Assembly: GCA_009602725.1 (NCBI GenBank) | Contig: WELB01000007.1 | Location: 417,116-481,115 of the forward strand | DNA from: Spirogloea muscicola | Taxonomy: Eukaryota | Length of the DNA stretch: 64,000 nucleotides | Reading direction: 5' to 3' | In this document: positions 24,659 through 37,311 of the stretch, one piece after another | Layout: each line of letters starts with the position of its first letter | How positions within the stretch are numbered: the first letter of the stretch is position 1 | Position numbers and translations under genes: made by a program | Notes under the pieces: model-generated | Databases searched by the model: none | What the model saw: only the letters and a program-made list of their open reading frames with translations | Told to the model about the DNA's origin: nothing

Positions 24659-24780
24659 CAGCGGGGACGGACGGACGCAGATTGGCCTCGATTTGGCCTC
24701 GAATTGGGAAAACTTATGACCCCAGCCGCTACATACAGTGCGCGACATGTACCCCTCAGCCGCGTGCGTCCGTCCCAGTG
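24659..24780. mobile_element. Candidate ~120-bp Tc1/mariner-type MITE
   Basis: TA-CAGCGGGGACGGACG ... CGTCCGTCCCAGTG-TA: imperfect terminal inverted repeats flanked by TA. Confidence 0.45.
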
Positions 24781-24789
24781 TACATTGGC

Positions 24790-24935
24790 CCTCAGTAACC
24801 CTTGCTAAGCAGCCGCAGGTCGGACGTAGAGGTCGCTACCTGATGCTCGAATACCGGACGGCAATCGACAAGCTCTTGTGCCACCAGCTAAGGCTTGACC
24901 AGCTTTCTGATGCAACGCATGAGCCTGAGCTCTCT
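24790..24935 (-). mobile_element. CRE-like ORF end (QKAG.ALAGG subfamily)
   Basis: HALHQKAGQALAGGTRACRLPSGIRAS, similar to 63700-63793. Confidence 0.65.
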
Positions 24936-25210
24936 GCAGACAAGCTGACACGCTGACACGCTGCAGACAAGCTGACAGAGGGCAGCGCTGTGCCCCCACG
25001 GGGAGCGCTGTGCTCCGCACGGGGCCTCGGTGGCGCGGTGTTTACCCTGCCGCCCCGCGCATGTTGAAAAGATGGCCTGGCAGCCATTACTGCCAACCAC
25101 TAACTGCGGAAGCGTCGAGGGTCGGTTAAGCCGGGGCTGAGTGAGAGCGTCTAGGCAGCGGCTGGAGGGAGCAGCAGAGAGCAAGGGAGACCGATCCTGC
25201 GTGTGGAAAG

Positions 25211-25335
25211 AAAGTGCTCGCCCATAGAGGAGGGGCTGGCAAGGCCAGCCCAAAAAAGAATGGACAGTATTCAAAGAAAGAGGAGCCGGAAAAAGGACTA
25301 CACTACAAACTACTGCAAAACACATAGACGATGGC
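25211..25335 (-). mobile_element. CRE-like 3' fragment nested in the LTR
   Basis: GGGCTGGCCTTGCCAGCCCC hairpin; TSD GTGGAAAG at 25203-25210 and 25336-25343. Confidence 0.75.
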
Positions 25336-25462
25336 GTGGAAAGGAATTCTGAGTGGGGAAGGGAACCCGGGCTCGACTGAGCAGGGTGGGGGCAAGTGCC
25401 CTCCTTTATATGGTTGAGTGGCCGAGCCTGCGCCAAGCGCGTCGGGCGTCTGGGTCACCAAG

Positions 25463-25684
25463 AAGAAGGGCTCGCCCATTGAGGATAGGGGCTGGAAAAA
25501 GCCAGCCCAGAAAAGAATGAACAAAGGACGAGAAGGGGCCAGGGGAAGTACAAAGAACAACAAGCACAGAAAAGAAACGAAGCAGCTACGAAGCACTCAG
25601 TAACCTTTGCTAAGCAGCCTCAGGTCAGAGAGACTGGGTTCCTGGAAGCGGGTCCCCTGGCCAGAGCCAGAGGCAGCCAGCAGA
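25463..25684 (-). mobile_element. CRE-like 3' fragment nested in the LTR
   Basis: ORF end plus full 3'UTR; TSD GGTCACCAAG at 25453-25462 and 25685-25694. Confidence 0.85.
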
Positions 25685-26469
25685 GGTCACCAAGGTCTGC
25701 TCAACTTCTACCCTGACCTGCGCACCGGTCAACAGTGACCTGCCGCCGAGACCCGCGGCAAGGCCCTGTGGTGCCTGCCGCCACTTGGCGACTCCGCGCT
25801 GCGCTACGCAACTACCGGGTAGAGTAGCTGTATTCCACCTGGCTTAGGTTTAGCACTATGGCTTTCCATCAGCCAAGTCTACCTATTAACCGCAACGGTT
25901 AACCCCAGATTCACAACAGCGCACGGGGCCGCGGTGGCACGGTGTCCACCATGGCGCCCCGCGCACGGGGGCCGCGGTGGCGCGGTGCCCACCCCGGCGC
26001 CTCGACATGTTGGCCCCGACAGCGGGGCCCTCCCCTCGACACAGGCCTGCCCCTCGGGGCGGGCAGAATGCAGCCCGCCCCGCGAGGTGGGCCTTGGGAC
26101 AACCCCATGCGCCCCGAGAGGGGGGTCGCACCGGGAGCACTGGGAGTCGGGGGGCAGAGACACGGACAGCACTTCGGATCAGTGAAAGCCCCGAGCGCGG
26201 CGCAGCCCTGCTGCGGCGCCTGCTGCTGCAGCCCGTCGCCGGCAGGACGCTGCCGGCTCGCTGCAAGGCGTCCGTGGCCCGGCCCTTGGTGGACTAGCTG
26301 CGGGCTGGTGCCCGAGAGGTGGAGACGCCGCCTGACGGCGGCGCCACAGGGCAAGACTTCCGCTGCGCGCTGAGGCGCGAGGTGCTTCACGGTGTGGGGG
26401 TCTGCTCCTTAATTCCTACTTCCGAACCCAATCAGGACTTGACCGCCTAGTTGCCTGTGTACAGGGGTC

Positions 26470-27260
26470 GAGTCACTACAGCATGCGACTGTCAGTATCG
26501 CTGCAGCGGTCAATGATACGCGTCTTGCATCTGCGAGCCGGTCGCGCTTTGGTTGCGGCCACTTGCTATAGACGGGACCCGCTGCCGGGAGACTGCATCT
26601 CTGACCTGCGGCTGCTCAACAGGGAAAATTTGTTTCGTGTATTTGAAACAATCGAAGGCCAAGATGGCTAAGTACAAAGGCAGCCAAGCACATTAACAGC
26701 GGTTATCGAGCCCCCAGTGGCCATTTGAGTCGCTGTGTGCTTTGACGCTTTCCTTCGAACTTTGTTGATTTTATTCTTGGGCTAGCCAATCACAGCCATC
26801 GCCCTCTACTGGAAGAGTCTTCCGTTTTTCACAGCCCTTGCCCCCGTCGGAAGAAAAACGATTCTTCCAGCAGAAGGCGATGGCTGTAGTTTGCCAGCCC
26901 TGAAAATAGCCTGGAAGAGCTTACTTGCACAGCCCTCGTGCCTTTTGGAAAGAAGACGCTTCCAGTAGAGGGCGAGAACTGTGATCCAATAAAGGGCGAT
27001 GGCCGTTCTGGAAGAGCTTCCTTAATCTCGGGCTGGGTGGCTCGCAGCCCTTGGCCCCCCATCGCAGGAGCTTGCATCTTTTACAAGTGTATGGAGTGCA
27101 GATGGGGCCGGCCCAACAGAATAAGAAAAGCGCGGTGCGCATGACATGAAAGGGTGGCAATTTAAGCCAATGCACTGTTCAGGCAAAAGCTAGTGCAATA
27201 AGTGAGGCTACGTAAAACGGAGCCCATTTTCAAGGTGACTATGGTAACAGTGTGACGTTA
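26470..27260. mobile_element. Nest of CRE-like fragments on both strands
   Basis: MRLSVSLQRSMIRVLHLRAGRALVAA (+), several hairpin/TTC ends, and a GCGCACCGCGC-end UTR (-). Confidence 0.7.
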
Positions 27261-30212
27261 AGGCGGGGTGGCGGGGTGCCTGTAACCCGGAGGCGGTAGA
27301 TTAGTTGCTCTGTCCTCGTCGGGCTGGCCATTAAATCGCATACCCAGCCACTTGATACGAAGCGCTCCAAGGCGCGACCTCATTTAAGCATATGAGGACT
27401 TGTCTTGGGGCCCTGCAGCACGTCCCACAAGCCAGTCATCTTGGACGGGGGTCGACCATGCTTTGGGCGGCCGACCGCCGTTGACGGATGCTGTCACCTG
27501 GGAATGGCAGTTGATGACCTAGCGTTCGTGCCAATCTGCCCCTGGGCTGGCAATAGCAACCAGCCGGAGTACTTATGCCAAAGGCAGTTGGCGCCGATGG
27601 CACGCTAGACGTGACTGTCGAGTTACACCTGCTCAATTTGAACATTGCTCGTCAAGAAGTAGGTGGTGGCTCCATCAAGGGAGGCTAAATTTGATGGGCC
27701 AGCCACCAGTGGCAATGCTGGTGAAAGACTACCTGCACATGATCGTGTGCAGCCGCTGATTCCGCTCCTGTCAGGATGCATAAGAGGTGATTCGCCATTG
27801 CAAGGTGTGGAAAAAGCAGCACATAAGGCTTCAGCTGACATGATGAACGAAGCTTCTGGCAGAAGGACACAATGTCGTCGACATGCAGGGCAGCAGCCTG
27901 CAGAAGTGGACTCATGAGGCTGGAAGAGCTGCAGCCACTGAAAGCGGTGGACTCCACTAGTAACCTGCAGGCTGTTCAAGCGCATGAGAATTCTATTAGA
28001 GGTCAGGAAGAATGCTCGAGCACACATCTGCTGGAGCACTAAGAGACTGGCTCAGGCGAAAAGCACAAGCTCTCGACGCACAGAAACGGAAAGGCTGGCT
28101 CGCACCCGCCTCGCAGCTTGAACTTTTGACCTGCTCGTCGCAGCGCCCACCTTGTTCCATGGAGTGTATATAGGCGACATTGTCAACTTGCAACATTAAT
28201 TGCTACCCTCTCTTTTGGAACCCATGTAAGACTCGGCTGGATCGCAAAATCACCTCTAGCAGGGGTCAAAGTTGCGGTGTCAGGTCTTGCAGGAGCTTTC
28301 CAGAGCGCAGCATGAGATTGAGTGGCGGCACCTTGCATTCGTTCAGTGGCGGAGGAGGTAGTAGTGTGGTGCGGTGCTCTCTTGCGTGGGGTGAACATGA
28401 ACAGTGGCGCAGTTCAGCCGTGACAAGGATGTAACAGAATTTTGCAAAGCTTTAGAAGCATTTGCGGGAGCTTCTGAATGCCGGCCGCTTTTGGAGGCCA
28501 CTGTTTTGAATCTGGCGGTGATGATGGTGGTAAGTTGGAATCTGTATGCTGGCTAGCTGATTAGTACTTGGTGCACACTTGCACCCGCTTTGCTGAGGCA
28601 GAGGGTCAAAAACAGCGGCAGCATCACGAGGCCCCTTAGAAGTACCCCAGTCCAGTCATTCTGGTGGGTGGTGAGTGCCATCTCTGCAACAAGCACGGTC
28701 CGCTCGCCCTTTGAGAAACAAGTTGTTGCGCCTTGAGTTGTGTTCAGGAAGCTATTGACACTGGAGGCCTCTTGGGATGCACAGATTTGGGCGTGCCTTT
28801 CATAGTGGTGATTAGAAATCTGCTAGCTGGCAGCTTTTGGGGTGCCCGCACCCGCTTGCTGAGGCAGGGAGTTCACCATGGCGGCTAGCCAAAAGGAGGC
28901 TCCTAATAGGTACTGCATACAAGTCATGACTAGCAATTTTGTGTATGATTAAACCACTACTAAGTAATGCCGCGCAATGGAAGGCATGGAGGTGGCAAAT
29001 CTTGAAGACAAGTCTTACCTCAACAGGGTCTCCCAAGTGCACCATCTGTTGGGGATATGCAAAGGTTGCTACAGCACTGCCTGCTTGCTTACAAGCAGAT
29101 TAGCCAATCCCAACGGCGCTTATTAGCACAGCTAGCTGGTCTCTGGCGGTTTTCAAGGCACCCAGCACATGCACAGCCAGCCGCTGGCGTGAAGTGGAAG
29201 CGACTATGCAGAAGGAGGCGTGAACACGCTCAAATTAAGGGCCCACCAAGTCGCCCCCTGGAGTGGCAGTCACTCGCCAGAGTAAGCAAAAGTGCTGTGG
29301 TAGGGCGGCGCCGGCAATAGGAGGTCAACAGCAACCTCATCAGCGCCGGCAGGCTACTGCGCACCGACCGGAGGTCGGCCTCATTGTGGTAGCAACGGTT
29401 TCCGTAAAACCCAAGGCACAGTGGGGGCGAGCGAGGCCAGCCCTTAGGGCGACCCTGCCCCTTGGAACCAATCTACACAGTTTTAGGTTGTGTACGTTCG
29501 CCCTCGACACACAGTGCTAGCTGTCATGCTGGCTCGCTCACCATTTGCGAGCCCACTATTTCTGGACGACGATGACGGTTGCACTTGTCATGACTGTGCT
29601 GGCTTCTGATGCATCATGTATGCAGCGCAGCATGCTGCTAGAAGGCTCCTGGAAGGCAGGCAGGAGGAGCAAGCAGCGGATAGGCGTCGGCAAACTGGTC
29701 AGGACGGGGCCCGCCTGGACAACGTGGAAGAAGCAGATGGCTTCTCTAAGGGGGACAAAGGCTGCGAGTGGTCAGCCGCGATCAAGCCACCGGCATAGCA
29801 CTTCCGTCAAGCTGGTCAAGCGAGCTCCTCTGAAGGGCTCAACATGGCTGCTAGCAATCAGCACGAGGAAGGCAGGACTGGCAACATGCATGAGGAAGCG
29901 GGCGCGGTTCAAGCAGATGCGACCAGCCGACCTGCAAGACAGGCAACCTGGCTTGGAATATCGTGATGCGCATAAGGGATCTGACATCTGTCCAGCCTGC
30001 TCCAAGACCTGACCAATTGGGCTCGCTCTGGTGGCGCACGTCCAGCCCGTTCCAATAGCTGACCAACTGGCTGACTCTGGTGGCGCCGTTTTCGGCGGTG
30101 AAGTGTGGATAACTTACAGCTTCGTCTGTTACCGTTGCCGTTAGGATTCAGAACCCGAATCTCTCCAGCCCCAAGGCGAGCCGAGAACCCTGATCCCCGC
30201 GCCGGGCCCGCC

Positions 30213-30243
<31 letters not shown>

Positions 30244-30251
30244 AGGTGGCG

Positions 30252-33200
30252 ATGGACGCGCGGCGCGGTCGTGCGCCGCTGGATCCCATCGTGCGGCAGG
30301 TCGGGTTCGTGACGCCTGGTAGCTCCACCGCCGCGGACGGGCCGGCCGCCAGCTTTGGCGGCAGCGGCGGCAGTGGCGGCGGCAGCGGCGGCGNGCGCCG
30401 ACAGCGGCCTGGACGACGACGACATCTTCGGCCTGGGCGCCGCGACGTCCGCGACGGAGCCGTCATACAGCTCGCGGGGCGCCATGGCCGACGGCCTGGA
30501 CGACGACGATGACATCTTCGGCCTGGGCGCCACCAGCGCGCCCCCGCCGCCGCCGCCGCCGCCGGCCGCCTCCGCCTCCGCCTTCGACGACTTGCTGGCT
30601 GGCGTGACGGAGAAGCCCGACGCCAATGGCCCGAGGGCCTATGACGACTTTGCGGATGCAGTGCAGCCGGAGCAGCCGTTGCCGCAGCCGCAGCCACCAC
30701 CGCCGCCTGCAGCAGCCTCTGTCTACGAGGCTGTTGAGACGCAAGAGCCAAGCGTGATTGAGGATCTAGATGGCTCTGACATACGAGGAGTGCTTGGCGA
30801 GAGCCGGTCGTGGAGGCGGTACGCTGAGGACGAGTGGATCACGGTGGACGACTACGTCTTCCATACGTCGCCGCCGCGGCGCCGCCGGCCGTCGCCGCCT
30901 CGCTCCCGGCCAAGGCCGGCGCCGCTCCGGCGCTGTGGGGGCTGGACCGCCGTACTGAGCTCCGGCCTGCACGATCCCAGGAGCCGGTGCTCGACAAGCA
31001 AAGGCCGGAGGCGACGGCCAGCCATAGCCCCGCCGCGGCTGCCGCCGCCGCCCCGGCCGCCTCTGCCGCTGCGACTTCGACTGACGGTGCTCACGCCGGC
31101 CGCGCTTCATCCTCGTCCGCGGCGAAGGAAGGTGGGCTCGACCGGCCCCTACGCCTTGGCCCTCTGCCACTGACGTCCTTGAGTGCCCATCAAGCGGCAT
31201 GAGGGGTTTAGGGTTCGAACCCTAATACTCAAACTCTGAACCCTAATCGTAACCCTGAACCCTTGGCGATGGCTGCGGCTGCGCAGTGTCGGGGGGCCAG
31301 GAGGGCCTCAAGGCGCGCACGACCAAGGCCGAGCGGCGGGCGCTGCAGGAGGCGCAGCGGGCCACCAAGGCCGCCGCGCGCTCCGGGGATGCGCCACCGC
31401 CCGAGGCCAAGCCCGGCGGCGGCGCCGCTCGAGACCCGGCAGCTGGAGGCGGCGCAGACAAGGAGAGGGAGAGGGAGAGGGAGAGGGAGAGGGAGAGGGA
31501 GAGGGCCGGGAGGAGGGAGGCGCCGGCCTCCAAGGACAAGGCGCCTGCTGCTGCCGGCGAGCGCAAGGCCGCTCCACCGCTGCCGCCGGAGAAGAAGAAG
31601 GACGTGCCTGCGCCCCGCATGCAGGTGAGCGATGCGGAAATGTCGTCATGGCCAGTGTGCTCAAGTCATGTGATGATTTTGTTGTGATATCCTAGGTCCT
31701 GCTTTTCTTGACCACAATCAGGGCCATGAGTACCTCTCTTTCCGGCAGGAGACAACTTCAGCATCGCACGAAGCATCGGTGCTGCGCCGTGCTCTGCGCA
31801 GTTTGACGACGAGCAGCGTGTGGCCAAGGCCAAGCGGCGGTCCGTGGTGGAGCAGATGGAGGCCAAGAACCGGGTGGAGCTCTTCCGGCACCTGCCGCAG
31901 TACGACCACAGCGCACAGCTGCCTGCGCTGGAGTCCAAGTTCTTCCACGAGGACAACCGCGCTCGCCCACATCCTGCCATCTACAAGGTCGTTCGGCGGC
32001 CATTGGCCATTCGCTGGCGAATACGCGCCGGTGCTCGAGCAAATGAGATGCTAGACGGCTCGTTCGTTTCATTTCACCCAGATCTAGATAGACTTTCAGT
32101 GCTCAACATGATTCGCAGTTGACTTTGACTTCTGACTTTCTATGAGTGACCTGGCAAGCAGGTGGGTTTGCAGTACCTGGCAGGCGACATCAGGGGGTCC
32201 AACCCGCGGTGCCTTGCAATGCTGCAGGCTTTCCAGGAGGTAGTGGCGGATTACGTCACACCACCCGAGAAGGCCCTCGTGCGCGACCTGACAGCATCGG
32301 TCAATCACCAAGTCAGCTTCCTTGTGTCATGCCGCCCGCTTGCCATCAGCATGGGGAATGCCATCCGGCTTCTCAAGACCAAGATCGCGGCGCTGCCTGC
32401 TGCACTCCCTGAGGCCGAAGCCAAGGCCTCGCTCATTGAAGACATTGACCGCTTCATTCGGGTACGGTCACATTATAGAAGGGGGGTGGTTTGCTTGATG
32501 AATATGACAAATGCTGAGTTGCAAATGTTTGCCGGACCTAGTATTTATATCGCAAGCCCTTGACCTAAGAGAGTGACACTCTCACCTGCTGCTACGTCAA
32601 GGACTTTCTGTTTGGAGCATGACCACTGCACATGTGATGTCCGACTACTGTGGCATGAGTCAACTCACATCATGCAGTTGCATTATACAGGAGAAAATAA
32701 CTTTCGCTGGCAAGGAAATTGTCAATTATGCTGTGCAAAAAATCTGGGACGGTGACACAGTGTTGACATTCGGGTGCGCGGACACGGACGTTGTTGAGGC
32801 GCTCTTCCTGCGGGCGCAAGCCCTTGGAAAGCACTTTCGAGCCATTGTGGTCGACTCGCAGCCCCGACTGGAGGGCCGGGGCCTTCTGAAACGGCTGCTC
32901 CAGGCTGGCATTCCGTGCACGTACACGCACATTGCAGCGGTCACGTACATCATGCAGGTGTGTTGGCCAAGTGCATGTGCAAGCTTTGACCCTCACTTTT
33001 GATAGAGGCCATCTGCATCCACAGATCTGATCCTCCGTGAACTACTTGTGATGCAACATGTCTTCTGCCGCGCCTAGACTTTGGCTGCTACGGGCATGCT
33101 GGATGCGTGCAGGGACAGCTCATGCTGGCAATTGGCTAGGCACAGATCCTTGTTAAGAATGAGAAGCTGACATGTTTATCTCTTGCAAATTCTTGCACCG

Positions 33201-34265
33201 CCCGCTTGTAAACGAAGGATGTGACAAGGGTATTCCTGGGGGCCTCCTCAGTGCTCTCCAACGGCGCCGTATATGCGCGTGTGGGCACGGCGTGCGTGGC
33301 CATGGTGGCCAATGCATGCCAGGTGCCCGTGCTTGTCCTTTGCGAGACGTACAAGTTTCACGAGCGCGTCCAGCTGGACTCCATCACCTCTAACGAGCTA
33401 GGTGAGGTTGACAGGCCAGTGTGGAGTCGCAGCAACCAGAGTTTAATGCTCTGCGTAACATTGAAGGCATTGTTATACCAAAGTGTATGTGGAAAATACG
33501 AGGGGTGCATTCTTTAGCAGAGTACTTATGTATGGTGCCCACTGAGCTGGCAACGATGAGCCTCTGCAGTTGGTTGTTAGCTTAAGTGCCTCCTAGGAAG
33601 GAATGTGCTGCTTGCAGGCTCTGGCTGACTGCAACCAGAAGAACTTCCTGCTCCAGGTGACCCTCATGCGCTAGTGAGAGTCACTGGCGGGACGAGCGAG
33701 AAGGTCCTCGAGGGTTGGGCCGACAATGAGCACCTGAAGCTCCTAAACCTCACGTAAGTGCTTCAAGAGCCTGCCACTGAGATTGCGACGAGGTGCAAGG
33801 TCTGGACGTCAGGGCTCGTCTTCACGTCGTCTTCTGTGCAGCTTACATCTATCCTCCTGCTTATTGAAGCGCAGCAGCGTGCCAGATCATTGACCAGAGA
33901 TACATGCGGCTCTCCAGGTACGACGTCATGCCGGCAGACTACGTGGCCATGGTAGTCACCGAGCTCGGCATGGTAAGCACACTAGCATCTACAGGCCAGC
34001 CAGCTAAAAGTATTCAGTAGTCGATTGGCAGGCCCATTGTCACAGCAAGCAACGTTGCACTTTGGGGGTGCTGCGAAGAATAAGGGGAGCTTTAGAGAAA
34101 CATGCATTGTGGGGTTGTTGGGCTTGCAGTCAGCATGTGGTTCTAAACCCCTTGGTTCCGCAGGTTGGTTGACACGATGTCGTGCTTGATTTGAAGGTCC
34201 CGCCCAGCAGCGTGCCGGTGATACTCCGGGAGCACCGGAAAGACCCCCTGCTGTCGCTCTTCTAG
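30252..34265 (+). CDS. Translation initiation factor eIF2B delta subunit
   Basis: N-terminal [22 protein letters not shown]; exons encoding [117 protein letters not shown]; stop at 34263-34265. Exon 1 is disrupted at 30394-~30930. Confidence 0.9.
30395..30930 (+). other. Out-of-frame auxilin-like N-terminal fragment embedded in eIF2B-delta exon 1
   Basis: DDDDIFGLG x2, [28 protein letters not shown] recall plant auxilin-related proteins (FDDL.G; DDVWLTVSEIPLFT..PPP.RPPP); starts right after an N. Confidence 0.45.
31203..31262. promoter_or_regulatory. Telo-box-like cluster in the first intron of eIF2B-delta
   Basis: GGTTTAGGGTT, AACCCTAA x2, AACCCTGAACCCT. Confidence 0.6.
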
Positions 34266-36044
34266 TGGCCTCCGCTGTGCCGATGCACCTCCGCAAGTCT
34301 GGCGCTGATCTGTGCATGCGGACCTTGCTTGAGCAGCCTTGATCCCTCTTACCGCTGCACAGCGGCGCTGCGCCTAAGTGCCAGTATTCCTGGGAACCAG
34401 CCAAGTTGGCATCGTGCGGAGCTGCGGCCAGATGGATGTCCACTTTGCGTTCCACTGCCAATGCCTTCTAGTGAAATGCTGCCTTTCTTCCTTCTTCCAG
34501 GATTATAATAATGATAACAACAATAGGATAGTAATGGTGCTGACCTAGTAATGGCTCCCGGTAGCAGTGCGCGAGAAGCGGTCACGCAGTTGGCCACACC
34601 CTCGTGGAGCGGGCGTTGACTAGCGGCTGACTTCGGCTGGGCGCCTCCGCGGAAGAGCCGCGCTTCCCGAGTCTGCAGAGTCGTACCGGCTGGTCAAGCG
34701 GACAGGAGAGTCACTTACGAAGTCGGCGGACCGTCCCACCTCGGCCGCGGCCTGAAATGAGGGCGAAGCTTCGGCAAGGTACGGGCGCACGTGATCGGGT
34801 ACGCCCGCCCCGATTGGTCAGCGTGCGCCCCACGGTAGCCCCGTGGGCCGGCGCGAGACGCAGTGATTGGGTGACCACGTGGCAGCCCTCGGGACTCGAG
34901 CAACACTCGGCGTAAGCCCGAAGCGTCGTCCCCCACCGCCCCGCCGGGCGCTGCAGGCGGCCGAGCCCAAAACCCCGCCCCCCCCCTCTCGCTCGCTCGC
35001 TTGCTCGCTCGCTCGCTCGCTCGCTCTCTCTCTCNCCCCGCCTTCACCACTGGGGAGCCGTAGCGGGCACGGCCCGCGCGCAGCTGCACAACGAGCTCCT
35101 CTCCGCTCCAGTCCGCCTTGGTTAAGCCACTCGGGCACCTCGAGGCCCTTATCTCTGAGCCGCCGGCTGAGTGCCCACATTCCTCCCGCAGCTCGGCGAC
35201 CTGCATTGGTGCTATGGCGGCCCCCTCCGCCGCCGCCTGCTGAGCCCGGCCCCGCCGCCGCCGCCGCCGACGATGGCCGTCCTGCTGCCCGGCACGCTCG
35301 CCTTTGTCGCGTCCCAGCTCTCCGCCTCTCTCTGCCTCCGCAGCGGCGCCGCCAGCCGAGCGCCTGGTGAGCGGGCTTCGGTGGTGCCACGCTCAGATCC
35401 AGCCCCATCTCGCTTCTCTCCCTTTCTCCCGCGCTCTCACCTTCTCCCTCCCTCTCTCTTGTGCTGCGCCGTGCTGAACCCGCTTGCTGGACCCAGCAAG
35501 GGACAAAGAATTGTTGCAAGAATGCTGACATGTATGTCGCTCGCCTGTGGCTGCTGTGTGCACAATGTCCACCTGAACCGGCACACGTCCTGGGTGGTAG
35601 AGCCGCTGCTGCAAGCACTCCACACACCTGTCGAGCATCCACTGGGACCTGGCCGCCGCCTGCCTTCGCAGCTGAGCGCCGCTGCGGGCTGGTGGCACTC
35701 CTGCTACCAGCTCTGCTACCTGCGACCGCGCGGCTGAACTCACTCCCAGCTCGGCACAGCATCTGCTTTACACTCCCCGGCCGCGAGGCTCGTCATAAGG
35801 GGCGTCGGGCAGCCGGGTTCCAAAGTCGCAGTCATGAGCGGGCGACCATGGGTTTCCCGCGATGGCGTGCTTCCACTTAACCGGCCCAATACGCCGTGCT
35901 TCAGCAGTGCCAATGCGACAAGGTACCATAGAGCCCAAGCAATTTATGATCTCCTGCATCTTGCATTCATAGCTCAACATGTCACCCTACAATGCAGCAC
36001 GCCAGGGTTGCTCTATCCTTTGACCTTTTTCCAACCTCTCGTAG

Positions 36045-36696
36045 CCACGTGCACATCTCACACCCACCACCACTACAATCACCAACGCTTCTCACCAGCT
36101 TTCTTACACTCCCAACTTTTCATCCAGCAGCAACAATCCGTGCCACAAGGATTCGGGCACCCTGTCTACAGGCCTCATTGTGGGGCTCGCACTTTGTGGA
36201 GCCGTCTTTGTACTTGCCATCGTCCTTTGGCTGGTCGGCTACTTCTGTTACACAAGGCCAGCTGATAATCGCAGGGACCGAACGAACCAGGTAACTGATT
36301 GGCAGCTGCATTAAAATCTTTCTACTTTGTGGCATGTCGTGTACCAGACCATTGTGTGTTCTCAGCCTGGTCCTGTTCGCCCATATCAAAATCTACATGC
36401 CTTTCAGCTAGTGCATGAAGTTATGCCGGCCTTTCAAGACGATTCATAAGCTCCTGACTCCTGGTCACTGTGCAACTTTCACGTGATTCCAGACCGCCGA
36501 AGCTGCTGACAACAGCATCCCCCAAACCGGAAACTCAACTGTGGAGCTATCTGTGGTTATCATCATGCCAAGTGGCCAGTCAGTTGTTGGGCTGCCAGCC
36601 AATCCGCCAGAAACGGGCAGTGCAGAACCTCCAGTGGATGAAGAGCCCGTTGTGCCACTACAGCAGCAGACATCCTCAGATGATCCCGACAAATAG
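36045..36696 (+). CDS. Single-pass membrane protein of unknown function (3' exons; upstream exons from ~35270 unresolved)
   Basis: Exon 36045-36290 has a Ser/Thr-rich stretch then GLIVGLALCGAVFVLAIVLWLVGYFCY + RRDR; GT-AG intron; exon ~36493-36696 ..VVIIMPSGQSVVGLP..DDPDK*. Confidence 0.55.
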
Positions 36697-37311
36697 AGTC
36701 CAGCTGCCAAAGCTGACAAGCCCAGAATTGCAATCTCAACTGCCAAGAGCCCGCTTCAGATGTATCAGCTCTACTTGGTGCATGAAGGGCCTCCCATGCA
36801 AGCAGACGACAAGATTGCATGCTGAGTCTTCACTAGCAGATCTGGTCATTTGCCACTAATGTGGCCAAGTAATTGCTGGAGGTTGATGGCAGATGGCAGC
36901 CTGTGCTTGTGTAACCTGTAGTTACTGACTTTGAGAGCTGAGCAACTATTTTCAATGCATGTAAGTAAATGTATATGACTGCACTAAGTGGTATTGAGCA
37001 CACAATGTGCACACCACTACCTCTCACCCTGAAGGAGGTTGCAAGGTCGATATGCCTTTATAGTAACATATATGGCGTGCCAATGATAGCATGTAATATC
37101 ATGCGCTTTGTTGCCGCCTATGACCAGGTAAATGTTGCCTGTTGTAGTGGAGTGTGCTTGGAGTAAGACTCTTATAAAGAGGAAGATCGGAATCATTCAT
37201 TCCCTAGTCCGCTGCTGTCTACTATCCTCGTCAAAGTATTGGTAGAATCAATAGACTATCAAGTCATCACCAAAGTCACAGCTGAAGGTAGTTGAGGATG
37301 CTCCAAATCCA

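Larger units (their letters stand above)
25062..25918 (-). mobile_element. Solo LTR (~490 bp net) with two nested CRE-like insertions
   Basis: TGTTG...CAACA termini, perfect 5-bp TSD GCGCA (25057-25061, 25919-25923), minus-strand ATATAAAGG at 25403-25411. Confidence 0.8.
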
